Source: Gammaproteobacteria bacterium
GTDB taxonomy: Bacteria; Pseudomonadota; Gammaproteobacteria; Pseudomonadales; UBA5518
NCBI GenBank assembly: GCA_016705365.1
Contig: JADIYI010000008.1
Location: 1,349,572-1,413,571, forward strand
Direction of reading: 5' to 3'
Length of the DNA: 64,000 bases
Position 1 is the stretch's first letter. Every line of letters begins with the position of its first letter. A program made the position numbers and the translations under genes. This document shows positions 11,132 through 20,785 of this stretch, in pieces. Under the pieces are notes generated by a model. That model was not told the origin of the DNA. It worked only from the letters and a program-made list of their open reading frames with translations, and did no database searches.

Positions 11132-11908
11132 ATGCGCTCGCTGGAGGGGTTCATTCTGCCTGCGCTGGTCACGGTGCTGCTGCATGCAGTGCTGATACTG
11201 GCGCTGACCGCGAATTGGCAAAACAACCGCGATCCCGCTGCGCGGGTCGTGCCGCGGCATGTGCGGGCGCAGCTCGTGACGCTCGACAAGGCGAGCGCGA
11301 AGCCGGCTCGGAAAGCCGTCGCGTCGCGTCCCATGCCGCCGCCACCCAAGCCGAAAGCCGAACCGCCGAAACCGAAGGTGGAAGCGCCGAAACCCAAACC
11401 CCAGCCGCCGAAGCCGCAGCCAAAACCGCAGGCGAAGCCACAAGCCAAGCCGGCAGCGAAGCCTCCGCCCGATCCCAAGGTGCAGCAGCAGGCGCGCCAG
11501 CGCGAAGAGCAGCAGCGCAAGGCGGTTGAACGCCAGCGCCAGATGGAGCGCGAGATGGCGCTGGCGCTCGCTGCCGAGGACGAGGCCATGCAGGCCGAGA
11601 ATGACGAAGCGTTCGCGATGACCTACACCGATGCGATCGCGGCGGCCATAGAAGACAACTGGAGCCGTCCGCCCAGCGCGCGGCGCGGTATGGAAGTGAT
11701 ATTGAGGCTACAATTGATCCCGACCGGCGAAGTGGTGGCGGTAAGCGTGCTGAAAAGCAGCGGCGACGAGGCCTTCGACCGTTCTGCGATCAACGCGGTG
11801 CACAGGGCCGCGCGCTTTCCGGAAGTCGCCCAGGCACCGCCCAAGGTGTTCGAGAGCCATCTCCGGAGCTTGCAGCTGAAGTTTAACCCGGAGGATTTGC
11901 GTCTGTGA
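11132..11908 (+). CDS. tolA: Tol-Pal system protein TolA
   Basis: N-terminal TM segment, PKPK/Q-rich linker, C-terminal TolA/TonB-like domain; operon position. Confidence 0.8.
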   Translation: MRSLEGFILPALVTVLLHAVLILALTANWQNNRDPAARVVPRHVRAQLVTLDKASAKPARKAVASRPMPPPPKPKAEPPKPKVEAPKPKPQPPKPQPKPQAKPQAKPAAKPPPDPKVQQQARQREEQQRKAVERQRQMEREMALALAAEDEAMQAENDEAFAMTYTDAIAAAIEDNWSRPPSARRGMEVILRLQLIPTGEVVAVSVLKSSGDEAFDRSAINAVHRAARFPEVAQAPPKVFESHLRSLQLKFNPEDLRL

Positions 11909-13203
11909 TCATGCGCTTTGCTGGTATTGTCCTGTTGCTGTTCTGCGGCGCGTTGAGTGCGGCCGAACTGACCATCGAGATCACGTCGGGCAATGACAAC
12001 CCGACCTCGATTGCGGTGGTGCCGTTCGGTGCTCCGCCCGGGCTGCTGCCGCCGGAGGCCATCGACTCGATCGTGTCGGCGGATCTGCAGCGCAGCGGCC
12101 TGTTCGCGCCGCTCAAGGTTTCCGACATGATCGCGCAACCGCACGATCAGTCCGAAGTGTTCTACAACGACTGGCGCCTGCTCGGGGTCGATTACCTGGT
12201 GGTCGGGCGCATGACGCGCGATGCCGCGGGTCTCTACCGGGCGCAGTTCGAACTCCACGATGTGCTGCGTCAGAGTCGCCTGTCGCAGGAAACCGTCAAT
12301 GGCTCCGAGGCGCAACTGCGTGACATTGCGCACTATATCAGTGACAAGGTGTACGAGAAGCTGACCGGTGTGCGCGGAGCGTTCTCCACCAAGGTGGCTT
12401 ATGTCTCCGCCGCGCAACTTGGACCGAACCGCCAGAGTTTCCGTCTGATCAAGGCCGATGCCGATGGCGAGCGCGCCCAGACGATCCTCGAATCATCGGA
12501 GCCGATCCTGTCACCGGCCTGGTCGCCGGATGGCAAGCAGCTTGCCTATGTGTCCTTCGAGGATCACCGCCCCGGTATCTACAAGCAGGTCATCGCGAGT
12601 GGCCAGCGCGAGAAGCTCACCTCGTTTCCGGGCCTCAACAGCGCGCCCGCGTGGTCGCCCGATGGCCGGCGCATGGCGATGGTGCTGTCAAAGGACGACA
12701 ACCCCGAGATCTACATGCTCGACCTCGTGACGCGCCAGTTCACGCGCCTCACCCAACACTTCGCGATCGATACCGAGCCGTCCTGGATGCCCGACGGGCG
12801 ATCATTGCTGTTTACCTCGGATCGCGGTGGCAAACCCCACATCTACCAGATCGACATCACGACGCGCGAACTCAAACGCCTCACATTCGAGGGAGCCTAC
12901 AACGCCCGTCCGCGCGCCATGCCCGACGGGTCGGGAATCATCTATGTTCACCGCAGCCAGCCAGGAGGCCCGTTCCATATTGCACTGCAGAATCTGCAGC
13001 GCAACACGGTCAAGGTGCTGACTGAAACCAGTTACGACGAATCACCCAGTGTCGCGCCCAACGGGAGCATGATAATTTACGCGACGAAGCGATTGGGTAA
13101 GGGTATACTCGGCGTCGTATCGGTGGATGCCAATGTCAAGTATTTCCTGCCCTCAGCCTCGCGTGATGTGCGCGAGCCGGCGTGGTCCCCGTACATCAAA
13201 TGA
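11905..13203 (+). CDS. tolB: Tol-Pal system beta-propeller protein TolB
   Basis: Signal peptide; repeated PAWSPDG / PSWMPDG propeller motifs. Confidence 0.92.
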   Translation: MIMRFAGIVLLLFCGALSAAELTIEITSGNDNPTSIAVVPFGAPPGLLPPEAIDSIVSADLQRSGLFAPLKVSDMIAQPHDQSEVFYNDWRLLGVDYLVVGRMTRDAAGLYRAQFELHDVLRQSRLSQETVNGSEAQLRDIAHYISDKVYEKLTGVRGAFSTKVAYVSAAQLGPNRQSFRLIKADADGERAQTILESSEPILSPAWSPDGKQLAYVSFEDHRPGIYKQVIASGQREKLTSFPGLNSAPAWSPDGRRMAMVLSKDDNPEIYMLDLVTRQFTRLTQHFAIDTEPSWMPDGRSLLFTSDRGGKPHIYQIDITTRELKRLTFEGAYNARPRAMPDGSGIIYVHRSQPGGPFHIALQNLQRNTVKVLTETSYDESPSVAPNGSMIIYATKRLGKGILGVVSVDANVKYFLPSASRDVREPAWSPYIK

Positions 13204-13775
13204 AATCATTCCGTCCATCAGAGGATACCCTAGCCGTGAGCGTGAAGAGCCTGAAATTGAGTCGGTTTGCAGCGATGGTCATGTTGGCCGCGATGGTTGC
13301 CGCCTGTAGCGGCAACAAGGGTGACAGCGGTGCCTCTACCGGCGACACCATGGGTGACGGCACCGCAATGGGTGACGGCAGTGCCACCTCGATCGGTACC
13401 GGCACCGATGGGGGTCTCACACCCGAGGAAATGCGCATGCGCGCGGAGCAGGGTGGTCTGCAGTACGTGTTTTATTTCGATTTCGACCAGTCGCAGCTGA
13501 GCCCGGAAATCCGTGCCGCACTCGATGCGCAGGCAGCGGTCCTGCGTAACAGCAATACGCCCGTGCGTATCGAAGGCCATGCCGATGAGCGCGGCACGCG
13601 CGAATACAATCTTGCACTCGGCGAGCGCCGTGCCAAGGCGGTGTCCCAATACCTGATTCTGCAGGGTATCGATCGCAGCCGTGTTGAAACCATCAGCTAT
13701 GGCGAAGAGCGCCCCGCAGCGCTTGGCGAGGATGAAGCCAGCTGGTCGCGCAACCGGCGCGTCGAGCTGAAGTGA
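13200..13775 (+). CDS. pal: peptidoglycan-associated lipoprotein Pal
   Basis: Lipobox LAAMVAAC; OmpA-like C-terminus (GHADERGTREYNLALGERRA...NRRVEL); ATGA overlap with tolB. Confidence 0.88.
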   Translation: MKSFRPSEDTLAVSVKSLKLSRFAAMVMLAAMVAACSGNKGDSGASTGDTMGDGTAMGDGSATSIGTGTDGGLTPEEMRMRAEQGGLQYVFYFDFDQSQLSPEIRAALDAQAAVLRNSNTPVRIEGHADERGTREYNLALGERRAKAVSQYLILQGIDRSRVETISYGEERPAALGEDEASWSRNRRVELK

Positions 13776-14602
13776 CGCGGCGCGTGATGCGTGCCCTGAC
13801 GGCCCTGGTGGCCGTCGTTTTGCTCGCCCAGCCGGCCTGTGCGCAGGTCGAGGTCGTGGAGCCAGGTGCTGCTGGCGCGCCGCCCGCACCCCGTTCGGCG
13901 GCAGTTCCCTCGAGTAGCAAGGCGACGGTCGCCGCCGCTGCCGGCAATTCCAGCGGCGAGCTCTTCTACCAGTTGCAGGTGCTGCAGGATGAGCTGATGA
14001 AGCTGCGTGGCATTGTCGAAGAGCAGGGGGAGGAACTGCGCCAGCTCAAGCAGCAGCGGCTCGATGATTACATCAGCCTCGACCGCCGCATCGGCGGAGG
14101 CTCGGCAGCGCCACCCCCTGATCCCGCTCCGGCGTCCGATGTCCCGATAGATGCCACGCAGGCACCTTCGGCTCCGGCGCCATCGATGGCAGCCAGTACC
14201 GCACCACGCACGGCTCCCGCGGCCGGCGAGGAGCCCGCCTATCAGGCGGCCTATGAGCGGGTGCGCAACCGCCAGTTTCCGGAAGCCATTGTTGCGTTCA
14301 ACGATTTCGTGGCGCAATACCCCAACGGTTCCTATACCGGTAACGCGCACTACTGGCTCGGCGAACTGTATCTGCTGGATGGCGACAATGCGGCCGCGAA
14401 AAGGAATTTCGAGACCCTGCTGAACAATTTTGGCGATAACCGCAAGGTGCCCGATGCGATGTTCAAGCTGGGCCGCATCTATCACCAGGACGGTGATGAC
14501 GCCCGCGCGAAAGAGCTGCTGCAGAAGGTCGCCAACGATTATGCGGGATCGGACAGTTCGGCACCGCGCCTGGCCCGTGAATACCTGCAGCAGAATTTCT
14601 GA
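13772..14602 (+). CDS. cpoB: cell division coordinator CpoB (YbgF), TPR protein
   Basis: Signal peptide, coiled coil (LFYQLQVLQDELMKLRG) and C-terminal TPR (YPNGSYTGNAHYWLGELY); follows pal. Confidence 0.8.
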   Translation: MTRRVMRALTALVAVVLLAQPACAQVEVVEPGAAGAPPAPRSAAVPSSSKATVAAAAGNSSGELFYQLQVLQDELMKLRGIVEEQGEELRQLKQQRLDDYISLDRRIGGGSAAPPPDPAPASDVPIDATQAPSAPAPSMAASTAPRTAPAAGEEPAYQAAYERVRNRQFPEAIVAFNDFVAQYPNGSYTGNAHYWLGELYLLDGDNAAAKRNFETLLNNFGDNRKVPDAMFKLGRIYHQDGDDARAKELLQKVANDYAGSDSSAPRLAREYLQQNF

Positions 14603-14660
14603 AGCCACCAAAAATGCCTTGTCTTTTATCGTTCAATCGGTACCATACGCGTCCTTCAAA

Positions 14661-14736
14661 GGGTCGTTAGCTCAGTTGGTAGAGCAGTTGGCTTTTAACC
14701 AATTGGTCGCTGGTTCGAATCCAGCACGACCCACCA
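14661..14736 (+). tRNA. tRNA-Lys (anticodon UUU), CCA encoded
   Basis: Cloverleaf read by eye: acceptor gggtcgt/acgaccc, anticodon loop cTTTTAa, T-arm gctgg-ttcgaat-ccagc. Confidence 0.93.
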
Positions 14737-14787
14737 CCCATAAAAAAGCCGGGCAACGCCCGGCTTTTTTATGGGTGGTGGGTCGTG
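14725..14787 (+). terminator. 29-bp perfect hairpin with T-run that includes the last 12 nt of tRNA-Lys
   Basis: cacgacccaccacccataaaaaagccggg / cccggcttttttatgggtggtgggtcgtg pair perfectly around a 5-nt loop (14754-14758). Confidence 0.6.
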
Positions 14788-15077
14788 TTGTCATGGTTCG
14801 ACCAGCCGGTTCGACAAATCGGCAGGAGTGCCGATTTGGACGCCGGTGCGAAGCGCCGGCGCCCGCAGGGCGAGCGCCACGGAAGGCGCGAGTCAATCCA
14901 GCACGACCGAGTACGCCGCCCCGGCTTTTTTATGGGTGGTGGGTCGTGTTGTCATGGTTCGACCAGCCGGTTCGACAAATCGGCAGGAGTGCCGATTTGG
15001 ACGCCGGTGCGAAGCGCCGGCGCCCGCAGGGCGAGCGCCACGGAAGGCGCGAGTCAATCCAGCACGACCGAGTACGC
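14759..15077. repeat. tandem direct repeat, 2 copies of a 161-bp unit
   Basis: 14759-14916 is identical by eye to 14920-15077. Each unit ends in tcaatccagcacgacc, resembling the tRNA-Lys 3' end tcgaatccagcacgacc. Confidence 0.85.
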
Positions 15078-15341
15078 TTGCCCAATTTCCCCGGGCTTTT
15101 TTGTCTCTGCGTTCCATCAAAAGCGTTGCGAACGGAACGCCCAGAATCTAAAATCCAATCACGCGGCGGCTGATTTTTGGTCGCTGGTGCCACCGCAAGT
15201 GGCTGGTGGGCGCCGTGTCGCTGGCTGGAGTTGCATCCGGGAAGAAATGTTTCTTCTTCGGTCGACGCGTTCGGCGCTTGTTGGATTGAGTGAGTCCGGA
15301 TCGGATAGGCTTGGCCAATCCGGAATTGACAGGATTCCATC

Positions 15342-16097
15342 TTGAAATACATCGATATCGACACCCTGAAAAGCATCGACACCGCGGCCTTTCGCGCGGT
15401 GAGACCCTTTCCGTGGATCAACCCGCAGGGCTTTTTGACCGACGAAGGTCTTGCAGAGCTCACTTCGAATATGCCCGACATTTCCCTGTTCGAATCCACT
15501 TTTGGGTACGTCCGCAAGAACAATCAGGCCAAACATCGCCGCTATACCCTCGAGTACGACGACGGACTGGACATCTCTCCCGCCTGGGAAGCATTCATCG
15601 CAGAGCTGCGCAGCCCGGAATACCGGCAATTCGTGAACGAGATGATGGGCACGAAACAGATCAGTCTACGGATGCATTGGCACTACGCCCCCACCGGCTG
15701 TGATGTGTCGCCGCACTGCGATTCCCAGGTAAAGCTCGGCTCACATATCTTCTACATGAACACCCGTGACGAATGGGATTCTGCCTGGGGCGGTCAAACG
15801 GTGATCCTCGATGACCAAGGCCGGTTCCCGAGCGATTCGGCGCCCGCCTTCGACGACTTTGATCAGGAATGGGTCGCCGAAACGATGGACAATCACAGCG
15901 TCATTTTTGGCCGTAGAGGCAATTCCTGGCACGGCGTCAGGACCATCAACGCTCCGGAAGGAGCGATGCGCAAGATTTTTATCCTGGTTTACGAGGATGC
16001 CCGACCTCTCAAGCTTTTGAGAAAGCGCATGAAACGTTTGCTGACCGGAAAATCGACCGATATCGAGGCGGAACGACTTCGGAAGAACTGGGTCTGA
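15342..16097 (+). CDS. 2OG-Fe(II) oxygenase superfamily protein
   Basis: 251 aa; HxD (SPHCDS) and distal SWHGV...R motifs; WGGQTVILDD; TTG start; visibly more AT-rich than neighbours. Confidence 0.7.
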   Translation: MKYIDIDTLKSIDTAAFRAVRPFPWINPQGFLTDEGLAELTSNMPDISLFESTFGYVRKNNQAKHRRYTLEYDDGLDISPAWEAFIAELRSPEYRQFVNEMMGTKQISLRMHWHYAPTGCDVSPHCDSQVKLGSHIFYMNTRDEWDSAWGGQTVILDDQGRFPSDSAPAFDDFDQEWVAETMDNHSVIFGRRGNSWHGVRTINAPEGAMRKIFILVYEDARPLKLLRKRMKRLLTGKSTDIEAERLRKNWV

Positions 16098-16206
16098 GTG
16101 GGCTTCCAGCCCGAGAATCGGGGGTTGGCTGCGAGAAATTGGCGTGGTGGAAGGGAAAAGAGGGGGAAAAGGGGACGGATTTATTTATTCTGAGTGACCG
16201 AGGTGA

Positions 16207-16284
16207 CCCGCCCAGCAGGCGGCCGAGAAAGCTGACATTGCTGCGCAGGGAGGAGTAGTCGGGCGGGTCGGAAATGCTGTCCAT
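16207..16284 (-). pseudogene. ppc: 5' remnant of phosphoenolpyruvate carboxylase gene (about 26 codons)
   Basis: MDSISDPPDYSSLRSNVSFLGRLLG matches the conserved Ppc N-terminus (E. coli YSALRSNVSMLGKVLG). Similarity ends abruptly near 16207. Confidence 0.4.
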
Positions 16285-16655
16285 TTGCCTCGCCTGGTGC
16301 CTGCGCGAATTATGCCGGTGCTTCGCTCGTCGGGCGCAGTGATGCGGCCTTCATCGTTATAGGTCGGCGCCCGGACCGGCGGGTCAGGGGCAATGGCGGG
16401 CAGGGTGCGCGAACCCCAGGTTCTGGAGCCCGCGCGCATCCTGCTGCAGTATCTCGGCCGCGATTTCTATTCCATCAATGCGAGGATAAATCTGTCCCCA
16501 TATTCGCATACGCCGCCTTTATCGCACTCAATCCGCTGTATTGCGCCGAGGGCACCAGCGACGACCTGATCCAGCCCGGACGCGACAGTTACTGGATATT
16601 CGAAGCGGGCAGCAAGACCAGCGATGCCGGTTTCGGGGAACTCCAGCAGCGCATC

Positions 16656-16904
16656 ATGTCCAATCCCCTTCGCTACGAGGACGGCCGGCTTGGTTACTCG
16701 AGCAGCGGGTGCGAGCTGGAACTGCAGTACCAGGGAGAGTTCCGTATTGATAATGTTCCTCGGGACCTCGAGTACCCGCGCTTTGACTCGCCGTACGTGC
16801 AGGCGCCGAGGAAACCAGAGACAATCACCATTACCCACGACGAAAAGTCGTTGCACCTGGATTTCTACGGGCTGAAACGGGAGATGGGGGTGCCGGCAGC
16901 TTAA
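16656..16904 (+). CDS. hypothetical protein or 3' gene fragment
   Basis: Unbiased protein-like sequence. The frame stays open and protein-like upstream (..SYWIFEAGSKTSDAGFGELQQRI) with no start codon, which suggests a truncated gene. Confidence 0.3.
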   Translation: MSNPLRYEDGRLGYSSSGCELELQYQGEFRIDNVPRDLEYPRFDSPYVQAPRKPETITITHDEKSLHLDFYGLKREMGVPAA

Positions 16905-17261
16905 CTGCAGGCCATGGGCTGGAGCTGCACAAACCAGGCTCAACGGCCAGCAGGTAATCCGCGCTCAGAGCATTGGCGGCGTACGGATCATTGGCCGTGG
17001 TCTTCAGCTCCCACGTGCCGGTGCTCGTGGCCTGCGAGTAGCCATCATCGTTGTTCTTGATCGCCGGGGCCGACGGCTTCTCCTCGCGACTGGCGATAAA
17101 CGCGAGTGGCAGCGTATCCAGGTACACATAAGCAGTAGGTGCGCGCGTCCGGATATGTCATTGTTCGACCGCTGACCCGGCCGATCTTCCATCGATGCAA
17201 ACCAAGTTCGCCGGTGCCTGCTTATCCCGCTAAAATGCAGTCCGTCATTCCTGGATCCACC

Positions 17262-18005
17262 ATGCATTCAATCGAACTCGATGATGGACGGCGGGTGCCC
17301 TACAGCATCCGCGTGTCGCGCCGCAGTCGTCGGGTGCGGCTGACGATCGATCCGCGCAATGGCGTGGTGATGGTGACACCGCCGGGCGTGGACCGGCAGT
17401 GGCTGACGGAGCTGGCCGCGAGCTGGCGTGGCTGGGTTGCGACCCAGATCGATCAGATGGGCATCGGCGAGCTGCAACCCACGACGGGCGACCGCGTCGC
17501 ATTGCCTGATTGCATTGAACTCGCTGCGCTGGGTGAGCGCTGGGAGATCTGCTATCGCTACACGCCTTCGGCCGCGGCGAGGGTGCGCCAGAGCGGAGCG
17601 GGTCGTTTGCTGCTGAGCGGTGATTGCGCGAACCACGGCGCCTGCCGTCGCGCATTGGTACGCTGGCTCGGTCGTCGTGCACGCGAGGTGCTGCCTGCAT
17701 GGCTGGAGGAGGTCTCGGCCGCGACCGGGCTGCCTTTTTCCAGTGTCGTGATCCGTGCCCAGCGCAGCCGTTGGGGAAGTTGTTCGGCGAAGGGTGATAT
17801 CAGTCTGAATTACCAGTTGCTGTTCCTGCCCCGGGAGCTCGCGCGCCATGTGCTGCTGCACGAACTCTGTCATACCGTCGAGCTGAATCATTCGGCGCGG
17901 TTCTGGCGCACAGTGCACCGCTTCGAGCCCGAACTCGAGCGGATGCGCAAGGATATGCGGCGTTCGTGGTCGCATGTTCCCGCCTGGGTGAACGAAGCCG
18001 CCTGA
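17262..18005 (+). CDS. YgjP-like (DUF45) M48-type metal-dependent hydrolase
   Basis: HELCHTVELNHSARFW (HExxH) and WGSCSAKGDISLNYQL motifs; start at the internal ATG 17262. Confidence 0.8.
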   Translation: MHSIELDDGRRVPYSIRVSRRSRRVRLTIDPRNGVVMVTPPGVDRQWLTELAASWRGWVATQIDQMGIGELQPTTGDRVALPDCIELAALGERWEICYRYTPSAAARVRQSGAGRLLLSGDCANHGACRRALVRWLGRRAREVLPAWLEEVSAATGLPFSSVVIRAQRSRWGSCSAKGDISLNYQLLFLPRELARHVLLHELCHTVELNHSARFWRTVHRFEPELERMRKDMRRSWSHVPAWVNEAA

Positions 18006-18077
18006 GACCGGGCGCCGGTCGGCGTGCAAATTCGCTGTGCTATGATTCGCGCCCCAAACCGGGACGGGGAATACACG

Positions 18078-19160
18078 ATGGCTGGTGATCCGATGGATCT
18101 CGGGCAAATGGCAACCGAGGCGGAACTCGTCAAGGCGTTTCTGCATGCGCGGCACCCGGTCGAGTTGTCGCAAGCCGAAATCGCAGGTTACAAGACCCGG
18201 ATCAGCGCGCTGCTGCGCGAAAAGAATGCCGTGCTGGTGGCGCACTATTACACCTCTCCGCTGGTGCAGGCGCTTGCCGAGGAGACCGGCGGAATCGTGT
18301 CGGACTCGCTGCAGATGGCGCGTTTCGGTCACGATCATCCGGCGAGCACCCTGGTGGTTGCCGGGGTGCGCTTCATGGGCGAAACCGCCAAGATCCTGAC
18401 TCCCGCCAAACGCGTCCTGATGCCGACGCTCGAAGCCACCTGTTCGCTCGATGTGGGCTGCCCGCCCGATCTTTTTTCCCGCTTCTGCGACGAGCACCCG
18501 GAGCGCACGGTGGTCGTCTATGCCAACACCTCGGCCGCGGTGAAGGCGCGCTCCGACTGGGTTGTGACGTCGAGCATTGCACTCGATGTGGTGGAGTACC
18601 TCGGCAGTCGCGGCGAGAAGATCCTGTGGGCGCCGGACAAGTATCTCGGCTCCTGGGTGCAACGTGAAACCGGTGCCGATATGGTGCTGTGGGACGGCAG
18701 CTGCATCGTTCACGAAGAGTTCAAGGCCAAGGGTGTGGAAGACCTGTTGAGGGTCTACCCGGACGCTGGCGTGCTGGTGCACCCGGAATCGCCGCAGCCG
18801 GTGATTGCCCTTGCCGATGTGGTGGGCAGCACCACGCAGATCATCGAAGCGGCGCGCAAGCTGCCGCATCCGCGCTTCGTGGTGGCAACTGATCAGGGAA
18901 TCTTCTATCAGCTGCAGAAGCAGGTGCCGGACAAGGAATTCATCATTGCGCCAACCGCGGGCGAGGGCGCGACCTGTCGCAGCTGCTCGCACTGCCCGTG
19001 GATGGCGATGAACGATCTGCAGGCGTTGCTGAGCACCCTGGAGCAGGAAGACAACGAAATCGAGGTGGACGAGCAACTCGCCGCCAAGGCCATGCTGCCG
19101 TTGCAGCGCATGCTGAATTTCTCGCGCGAACGCCATGTTGCGGTGCGCGGCAACGCCTGA
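18078..19160 (+). CDS. nadA: quinolinate synthase
   Basis: [22 protein letters not shown] and CIVHEEF motifs; the exact start is uncertain (18078, 18093 or 18108). Confidence 0.9.
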   Translation: MAGDPMDLGQMATEAELVKAFLHARHPVELSQAEIAGYKTRISALLREKNAVLVAHYYTSPLVQALAEETGGIVSDSLQMARFGHDHPASTLVVAGVRFMGETAKILTPAKRVLMPTLEATCSLDVGCPPDLFSRFCDEHPERTVVVYANTSAAVKARSDWVVTSSIALDVVEYLGSRGEKILWAPDKYLGSWVQRETGADMVLWDGSCIVHEEFKAKGVEDLLRVYPDAGVLVHPESPQPVIALADVVGSTTQIIEAARKLPHPRFVVATDQGIFYQLQKQVPDKEFIIAPTAGEGATCRSCSHCPWMAMNDLQALLSTLEQEDNEIEVDEQLAAKAMLPLQRMLNFSRERHVAVRGNA

Positions 19161-19172
19161 AATCCGTCTCGT

Positions 19173-20666
19173 CTACAAATCGATTTCCTGGCGCATTTCC
19201 TGGATATCCGCAATCCGCGCCTGCACGCTCGCGCTGGTGTGGAAGTTGCCATCGGCGAGGTCGAGGGCATAGCCGAGCTGGCGCTCGGCGCGATCGAGGG
19301 CCCCGTTGAGGATGAAATATTCGGCCCGCGCGCGATGAACATCGACGATGTTGCCTGCCAGCCCGTGGGTTTCGGCCAGTGCGTACCACACCTGCGGATC
19401 GTCGGGGTGGAGCTTTGACTGGCTGACCAGCACCCGTTCGGCGGTTTTTGCATCGCCGGTTTTCAGCAGCGCGTCGGCATAGCTCATCGAGAGCGGCCGG
19501 TTGTCGGGATTCAGAGCCAGCAGCTTGCGCCGGCGGGAAACGGCATCCGCGGCCCTGCCCGAAGCGACGTCGATATCGGATGCGGCGAGCGTGAAGGCAA
19601 TGTTGCCGGGGTAGTTCTTCAGCAGCGGCGATAGCTCGTTGCGCGCGGCCTCGAGTTCGTTGGCGCGGGTGAGCGCAAGCACCAGTCCGTAGACATTGCC
19701 GATCGCGAGACCGCCGTCCTTTTCGATCTCCGCGCGAAAGCGCTTGATGGAGTAGCCCGGCGTCTCGTCGAAGCCGACCTGTACCCGCGCCTGCATCAAG
19801 CCGAAATCTTCGCTGTCCTGGCGCCCCTGGTCGGAGTAGTTGCGGGCGCGGTTCTGGGCATCGGCGACGCGGCTCTCGGTGACCGGGTGCGAAAGCAGGA
19901 ATTCCGGCGGCCGGCGCGTGTTGTAGCGCATTGACTCGAGCATGCGCGAGAACATCCGGGGCATGCCGTTGGCGTCGTAGCCGGCATTCACCAGGGTCAG
20001 CATGCCGATACGGTCGGCTTCGCGTTCGTGTGAACGGCTGAAGCGCAATTGCTGCTGCTGGATGGCGGCCTGGCTGGTGGTGATCGCCGCCATTCCCGCA
20101 TCGCCGCCCGCCGTGGCCGCGATCACCAGGCTGGTGAGCAGCGCGAGCATGTTGGGCACCGCATTGCGCTTGGCTTCCTCCACGCTGCGCGCGAAATGGC
20201 GCTGGCTGAGGTGCGCCAGTTCGTGCCCGATCACCGAAGCCAGCTCATCCTCGTGCTTGGCATAAAGCAGCAAGCCGTCATGGATGCCGACCACCCCGCC
20301 GGGTACGGCAAAGGCATTGATCGTCGGGTTGTCCACCACCACCACCGTCAGATGCGCATCCGAGAGCTGGCTGTGCGCCGCGAGATCGAACACCACATGC
20401 TCCAGGTAATCCTCGAGCAGGGGATCGGAAACGGTGCGCACCTGGCTGCGGAACATGCGCAGCCAGGCCTGGCCGATGCGGCGTTCCTGCTGCGGAGATA
20501 CATAGGCCGAGGATGTGTCACCAAGTTCCGGCAGTGCAATATCGACCGCCGTCGCCGGTGCCGCGACATGGCAGCACAGCACGGCAAAGCCGCAGACGAG
20601 CGCCGCGCGCACAAAGCCTCTGGAACGTGGAGCGGGTTTCAGCAACGGGGAGCAGGTCCTGTGCAT
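19173..20666 (-). CDS. M48 metalloprotease with C-terminal TPR domain (BepA/YfgC-like)
   Basis: HELAHLSQRHF HExxH motif, signal peptide from the ATG at 20666, TPR-like C-terminal half. Confidence 0.85.
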   Translation of the reverse strand: MHRTCSPLLKPAPRSRGFVRAALVCGFAVLCCHVAAPATAVDIALPELGDTSSAYVSPQQERRIGQAWLRMFRSQVRTVSDPLLEDYLEHVVFDLAAHSQLSDAHLTVVVVDNPTINAFAVPGGVVGIHDGLLLYAKHEDELASVIGHELAHLSQRHFARSVEEAKRNAVPNMLALLTSLVIAATAGGDAGMAAITTSQAAIQQQQLRFSRSHEREADRIGMLTLVNAGYDANGMPRMFSRMLESMRYNTRRPPEFLLSHPVTESRVADAQNRARNYSDQGRQDSEDFGLMQARVQVGFDETPGYSIKRFRAEIEKDGGLAIGNVYGLVLALTRANELEAARNELSPLLKNYPGNIAFTLAASDIDVASGRAADAVSRRRKLLALNPDNRPLSMSYADALLKTGDAKTAERVLVSQSKLHPDDPQVWYALAETHGLAGNIVDVHRARAEYFILNGALDRAERQLGYALDLADGNFHTSASVQARIADIQEMRQEIDL

Positions 20667-20785
20667 GTGCCTGGAAATGTCGGGAGCTTTGAGTGCCTGC
20701 AGCGCAAATAATTCCCTCCTTGCGCGCAATGCGTTGGGCTGCCCGGAAGCCGCGCGTATACTAGCATGCCGATCCGTGACCACCA

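Noticed and set aside
11330-11470. Pro-Lys-rich periodic DNA in tolA as a possible repeat element
   Set aside because: It is the coding sequence of the normal low-complexity TolA domain II linker, not an independent repeat.
14759-15077. Possibility that the 161-bp repeats, or the 58-bp repeats at 46939-47112, are a CRISPR array
   Set aside because: The units are directly abutting with no unique spacers. The unit lengths are wrong for CRISPR repeats, and no cas genes are in the window.
14430-15345. ORFs 14430-15173, 14771-15151 and 14785-15345 running through the tRNA-Lys gene and the 161-bp repeats
   Set aside because: They read across a tRNA, a terminator hairpin and tandem repeats, which gives internally duplicated nonsense peptides. 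There is no RBS or family resemblance.
16009-16284. 91-aa ORF as an intact small gene
   Set aside because: Only the first ~26 residues look meaningful (Ppc N-terminus). The remainder is low-complexity read-through into unrelated sequence, so I treat it as a ppc stub.
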